Below the pieces are notes generated by a model, which saw only the letters and a program-made list of their open reading frames with translations, was not told the origin of the DNA and did no database searches. A stretch of DNA of 64,000 nt from Tubulanus polymorphus. Its lineage: Eukaryota > Animalia > Nemertea. A program made the translations under genes and the position numbers. Numbering within the stretch: position 1 is the stretch's first letter; each line of letters opens with the position of its first letter. This document shows, one piece after another, positions 57,854 through 64,000 of the stretch. The DNA lies in contig NC_134026.1 of the NCBI RefSeq assembly GCF_964204645.1, forward strand, positions 13,266,050 through 13,330,049. Direction: 5' to 3'.

Positions 57854-59404
57854 CTGTGTTAATGAAAAATAAGCATTTAATGAAATATCATCTAAATCAT
57901 CCTATGGGCGCTATTGATTAATTTACCATTACTAATGAAATTCGGCACATATCCTCTTTTATCCTCGAGACATACAAATACTTGACAGTTCTCCTCCCAC
58001 GTTGCATTAACATTGACACATGTCTTGTTATTTGTTTCGCATCCTAAACATAAATGCGTGAAATGATGTTCAAGTTATCATGCAATTATATTTTCAATTG
58101 GAAAAGTTCCAATGACTAAAATAAAAAAATAAAATAATAATAAAAGAAACTCTAAAAATGGGCTTGCTGACATGATTGTACTGAAAGCTTGCTTGGTGGT
58201 TTTGTATTTCTGTCGTATAATTAATCGAAATTTGAACTGATTACTTTTTAACGAGCTAATAGATAGGTGTTCTCTGACATCGTTCCCTTTCATGTACACC
58301 AGGGACTGGGAATCGGAATGGTTTTATTGTAGACGTGGCCCAAGTTTTTGGATAGTTGTTATTTGGATATTGTGGTGGCTTAACGGGTTCTATCATATGC
58401 TGAAAATTGCTAGATTACTTATCGGATTGTGACTTGTGTTGAAATAAATTTGCTGTAAACCTGACTAACTCAAGTGACTTCAGGTGAGGAGATGCGAACA
58501 CGAAAGTAGATAGGAGCCACGATTTTTCTTTCCACATAAAGACATTAAGCAAGAATATGCTTCAATGACAATCCACTACGATCATCTGATTAAGTTTAAT
58601 GCCACCTGTCAGGGACAGAGCCCTCGTGATAACATATAAGTAACTGCAGAAAACGGTTTTAACAGGAATACTTTATTGAACTTCCATTAACTGAAAATAC
58701 AAATTACATATCTGACAAACAACAAATAGATAACGTTTAATTACTCAGATATCTATCTATGTATTAGGAATTCACGACTTTGGCTATTTCGCCGCGACGC
58801 GACGTAAAAAGGGGATTACGTACACTTCGACAACAATAGTGTTACGAGTTAAACCCTTAGTTATCAGATTTTGATAAACGGTTTGTGACGTGGCGCCCCT
58901 AGACGCAATCTTAAGTAAATTCGAGTAAACAAACCTTTGACGCTGGTCTCAAATACGAGCCACGCGCATATTCAACCCGAACAGCTCTTACGTTTCCGTC
59001 TTTCCCTGGATAAATCTCGCCAATTCTACCAAGGCTCCATTTCCCACGAGGAAGAGTCTACCATGATCACCAAGATCACCAAAAACGCAGTCTCAAATGT
59101 TTTGTGACTTTCTTAAAATGTATCAAAAATTTAAGTAATTTTTAGTTCATAAGTCTTCAAATATTCATAAATGAACAGTTAAAAATTGTTGAAACATGTC
59201 GACTCAGCCGTAAAATCAACCCATTCACAGTCCCGAATGTGGGATAATGTCGGGCTTTAGAGAACATAATGCCCCCGAGGTCTTCACATTTACAGATAAG
59301 ATCATGTAAGCGTGTCGCGCGTTACACCGGATAGGCACACAATAGAAATATGAGCCGCACGTTCATTTGATCATCACCAATTAAGAGGACCGCTATTGTG
59401 AAAA

Positions 59405-59700
59405 TTGACTGCGGGAGGAATACTCCTCCCAAAGTCAATCGATGGAAACTTGACCAAGGGGTCTGATATTCAAACAATTGACTTTGGGAGGAATATTCCT
59501 CCCAAGGTCAAACGAAGAGAATTTGACCTTCAGTTCTGATATTCAAAGTATCGACTTCGGGAGGAACATTCCTCCCAATGTCAATCGATGGAAACTCGAC
59601 CAAGGGGTCCGATATTCAAACGATTCCTCCAAAAGTCCAACGAAGAGAATTTTACCTTCTGGTCTTATATTTAAAGTTTTGACTTAGGGAGGAATATTCT
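59405..59700. repeat. 73-bp tandem repeat with palindromic core and A/B alternation
   Basis: GACTTYGGGAGGAATATTCCTCCCAANGTC cores at ~59407, 59480 and 59553, partial at ~59625 and 59681. Confidence 0.75.
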
Positions 59701-60870
59701 AAACGTTATAACATGAACTTTTAGAATTATAGGTATTGATGCGTTGGGTGTTATTTGTTTTTCTTTTTAAAAAACAGTACCCAATGAAGCCAGGTAGATT
59801 TAGGAATTTCAAATGTTACGATACACAATATCCTAGAGCATGAGATGGTATGACGCTTACATATAATCTTAGAAAACTAACGGATAGATTTAGTATTTTC
59901 TTTCTCTAACAGTAAATTGCTGTAACTTTTTCGACAATCTGTTGAAATCAGATCTAATCAGTGCGCTTCTCATTATAGAATAAACACGAAGTTGAGAAAT
60001 CGTTATTAAATCACGTGTATAATATAGAAATTGAGTTTAGATTTTACAGGGGACTATATAAAGATTGGTTATAAATTTTCACAAGACAACTGCGATAAAT
60101 CTAAATAGTAATATGGCTCGAGTTTAGCTAATTTCATTTTCAATGGACGTAATTTGATAAATGCATTCTTTAAATGGAAATTTCATTTACCGATCGATAC
60201 AAATCATTGAAGTTACGCGTACATAATCGTCATTCAATTATAAAGCTGATACATTTAATTCGTCTGAAATTTTCTCTCATTATTAGAGTAATTAGGAGAT
60301 TCGCGTGTCGCGTGTGATAAAAGAAATTCGAGTCTTTCTTTCATTTTAAGGTGCAAATTAGCCATTGTCCTAGTGTGCATTTTCTCATTTATACAAGTGT
60401 ATTCGGTATAAGGGTTGATGTTTCACTCTTCACTCTTTTATATATAATTCCGAAAGTTAATTAGGAGGTTTATACTGCTAACCGAACTCAGTTTCAATTC
60501 AGTTCAGTTTTAGTTTATATGCATTGTGATTTATGAAATAAGAGAAAATACAATCCAGCCTACTAGCCACTGAACGTTAGCACCCAGAAAACGTCCGGAA
60601 TTTACGGAGAGAGAGAAGAGAGAAAAACATTGTTATAAAAATATCGGATAAAATTTATTCTAAACATAAGTTACTAAGCCCAGGACTCCGGATATCGGGA
60701 TGAGATGTCTGAGGCAGATTTCTCCCATTGTCACACATCCAATAATTACTCATGTGACCATTGTGTTTAAACAACTCTCACAATCAAGCTTAGGATTAAG
60801 TGACCTGCGGTATACATGCTTTCGTATTGATTCATGTAGCCTTATATAGTCCTTACATTGAAATTAGTGG

Positions 60871-60922
60871 ATAGAATCATGGACTCTAAACGAATCAATC
60901 CTTTTAGAGTCCATGATAGAAT
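60871..60922. mobile_element. 38-bp P-element-like remnant or excision footprint with 7-bp TSD
   Basis: ATAGAAT | CATGGACTCTAAACGAAT CA ATCCTTTTAGAGTCCATG | ATAGAAT. Confidence 0.6.
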
Positions 60923-63900
60923 GCATCTTACTTTTTCTAGACGAAGATCTGTCTTGATTGACATACTATGGGTTCGGAAACTAGTTGACTTAAAAGCACA
61001 TACACAATAAGTCGCTATCCTAGTAATTAATTCGACTATTGATTATTATTGAAATAAAGAAAGATGAAAAAGAAAATCATCGTTTTTAAGGATAAATGTT
61101 TCGTTGTTCGTGATATTCAGCATACACCAATTTCCAGTTGAATTTGAAAATTCAAAGTTATTACAAAAGGAGCAAATTCTAATAATATTCATTTAGCGGC
61201 AATTTTTCCCTAGGCCATTTTTTCCGTTCACCCAAAGATTGATATACTTCATTAATACTAAATTAATACTAAAAGTTATTGCACAGGACAAATATATCGC
61301 TAGGAAGTTCAAATATATTACACTAGCTTTGATTTAAGCGATTTCAAATTAAAAGTTTTTTTATTTTCAATAATTTTCGCATCGCACAGCGAAATATATT
61401 TTTGATTTACGGGTGCCTCATAGGCCTGTCATCGCTACATTGTTCATCATAATGAATTCTCTTTAATTGAGCAATATTTACTTAGGGCTTAATCACTGAC
61501 TTTCTATAGATAAAGAGCTATACAAAGACTAACCCCATAAAATTCAGTGGCTTGTTATTGTCAGCCTGCTTGTATACCAAGCTTCGCTAACATAAACGAT
61601 AAAGTTGCCCTTTTTACTGAAATCTTGACGTATCAAACCATAGATAATAATACTAAAAAAATTGCTACAATCATTATTTCGCAATCGGAATTTATCCTGA
61701 TTTGAAAGGCACTTGTTGACATGTGGGGAAAAATTGAAAATTTTCACAGAAATCAATTTAAAACGATTCCAGTTAGTTTGGACTAAATTTTGCAATACAA
61801 ACGAAAAAACAGGCCAACAGCAGCAAATCATAACCTCTTCAATGGGATTTCTCGGGGGATTCTTAACGGGGAATTTCGACCATTCCCATGTAAACGAGCC
61901 AGTAACAAAAACCCTTTGGAAATATCAATTATTCGCATGTATCAATTTACGCTTCTTCTGATTATACTGCCTAATCAAATATTGCAATGGCAGCTGATGA
62001 TGTGTGATAGAAATCATGGAGATGACGAGTTGATTGAGCCCGAGGCGCACAGTCAATAGAAGTTGAATAGAAACTACAAACATAATGCATTTTCTTTAAA
62101 ATTGTTTCATCTATAGAGATTTATTGCAACTTGTCAACAGTTTAATTTCTATAATGTAATGACCTATGTATGGATATATTTTTTTTTGTTTTACGCGTGA
62201 AACTGGAGCATAATACCTCCGCCCAAACATTCCACGCCCATGATACCATTTAATGAATCCGAAATATATCCAGGCCCAACATCTAGAGTTCATGCTAAAT
62301 GATGAAGACTAGGAATATCTTAGCAATATAATTTTCGGAAAGAGTTTAGAATAGCAGGCCAGACTCATTGTTAGGATCCACCATAGTTCTATAGTGAATT
62401 GATTACAAGTAGTTAATTCAACAAAACAAAGTAAATTGTTCATAATTAGTGCATTGCCAAGACCATTATTCAAAATTACTAACTACATCTATGGTTAGCG
62501 GCAAAAATCATCTCGGTAAAAATCCCCGATTCTTTAGTGTAGGTAGAAATCCCCCTCCTTTTGAATGGATTGTAGATACAATCTTAAGGTCAATTAATTC
62601 ATATCAGGGAGGTGGCACCTCCCTGTTCATATTATTGATTCATATATCCAATTTATTCATATTTTACTGTGAAACACCATAATGATATCATGAGTATACA
62701 AACTATAGTATATACTATTTGAATTAAAACGTACTACAAAATTAACATTGTTCATTACTACTAAATGGGTAAATCAAGTGATCGCACAGCTTAATGAAAG
62801 GGTTCATCGCACATTTCAAATATATTACACTAGCTTGAATCTAAAATATTTCAAATCAAAAGAACATTATTTCTAATAATTTTTGGCATCGCACAGCTGA
62901 AATATACCACAGTTAAAAGTCCGCAGTTCAAAAATACTCCTGTTCGAATCTTTAGATATTACAAAATAAAAATTTATTATTCTTATCAATTCTAACAATT
63001 TATTTTATGCTAAGAGTTTTACTTAAGAATTTATCGCAACGAAAGATTTCATTGCACAGTTCTAACATATTTCAGTCTCATAGCAAATTAATAAAATTGG
63101 AGAAACATTTTGCTTTGAAATGTCTTTGAAAATCACCGAGTGGGGATTTTTACCTACTTTGAATATTTTCGGTTTAACACAGGGGATATTTACCTAGGGG
63201 ATTTTTACCAGGGAGATTTTTACCTACAACCATATTCCTATGGTTTTTTGAATGGTTGAAGGTTTTTTGAGGGAGATATTTTGGTTCAGATATTCTGGAT
63301 ATGGGACTCATTATCATCTCTAGCTACGGTAGATACTTTTCTCATTGATTATTCGCTACGATATTTATTACATATCACGCAAATCCGCATATACGCTTGA
63401 ATTCATACTGTTAGCAGATATAACAAAGTTTGCTCATTTTGTAATAATTTTGAAATCGTCAAATTTTATTGCAGAGATTCCCCGATATATCACGAGTAAT
63501 GAAACAGATATCTCATTTAAACGTAGATTTTTCTTTTATTTTGAAATCCATAGCAAACATTTATAGGAACCTAATGTTATTGAGCATAAAGCTTCTGACC
63601 CTCCTTGCATTTATACATCGGGAAATCCAACTCTAAACTATAAAAGGCTTTTCATCATGGTGTAATATAGCTTGTGCAACAGGACGCCACTCAGTCATTA
63701 CGTAAATTGTGAGAGGTGTTTATACATAATAGTTCCCTGTGCAATTCATATATTGGGATCACAATCGGAAAAGATCTGCTTAAAACACTTTATCACCTTA
63801 GGGAGTTTGTGCTTCTTGATTACTCGATTAGCAGTGACACCGCAGATAAAATCCCCCCTTCAAAATCGCCCTTTCCAATATTTAATTAAAAGCCATTGAA

Positions 63901-64000
63901 AGCAAGATATTTTCTCAATTCTTTTTGAATTTATTCATAATTAATAGCTAATTCTTAATAGTAATACATGTAATATCATTAGGAATCTGATTTTATGCAC

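Noticed and set aside
61190-63899. Short ORFs, GGGGATTTTTACC repeats (62490-63235) and a ~100-bp duplication (61310/62815)
   Set aside because: No protein motifs; likely decayed MITE pieces with unclear boundaries.

Overview
AT-rich, repeat-dense animal (probably invertebrate) genomic DNA; no prokaryotic features. The dominant content is a cluster of four related Polinton/Maverick (adintovirus-like) endogenous viral elements. Copy A (<1-15785) is nearly complete: disrupted protein-primed PolB, penton, major capsid protein, A32-like packaging ATPase, chromodomain integrase, HNH nuclease and several membrane-type ORFs, but no recognisable protease in the window. Copies B (15786-25400), C (27909-36058, with a 6-bp target-site duplication, inside an intron of a host fibronectin type II gene) and D (47490-50125) are decayed. 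Two features of this family stand out. First, 14 of 15 gene starts in copy A read TAAATG, several with an upstream T-run and a 6-7 bp spacer, matching the poxvirus late-promoter design. Second, every visible terminus is itself a 145-400 bp AGT...ACT fold-back palindrome. With GC-rich islands of stress/immune transcription-factor motifs, this suggests (inference only) a virophage-like endogenous virus that uses a cytoplasmic helper virus. The rest of the window holds Helentron-like non-autonomous elements (one with an inverted 31-bp satellite, another family with 155-bp arrays of CTCF-like motifs), a DIRS/PAT-type tyrosine-recombinase retroelement with nested insertions, a deleted BEL/Pao element, LINE fragments, MITEs and a 38-bp P-element-like footprint. 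All calls come from reading the sequence; no database searches were run.
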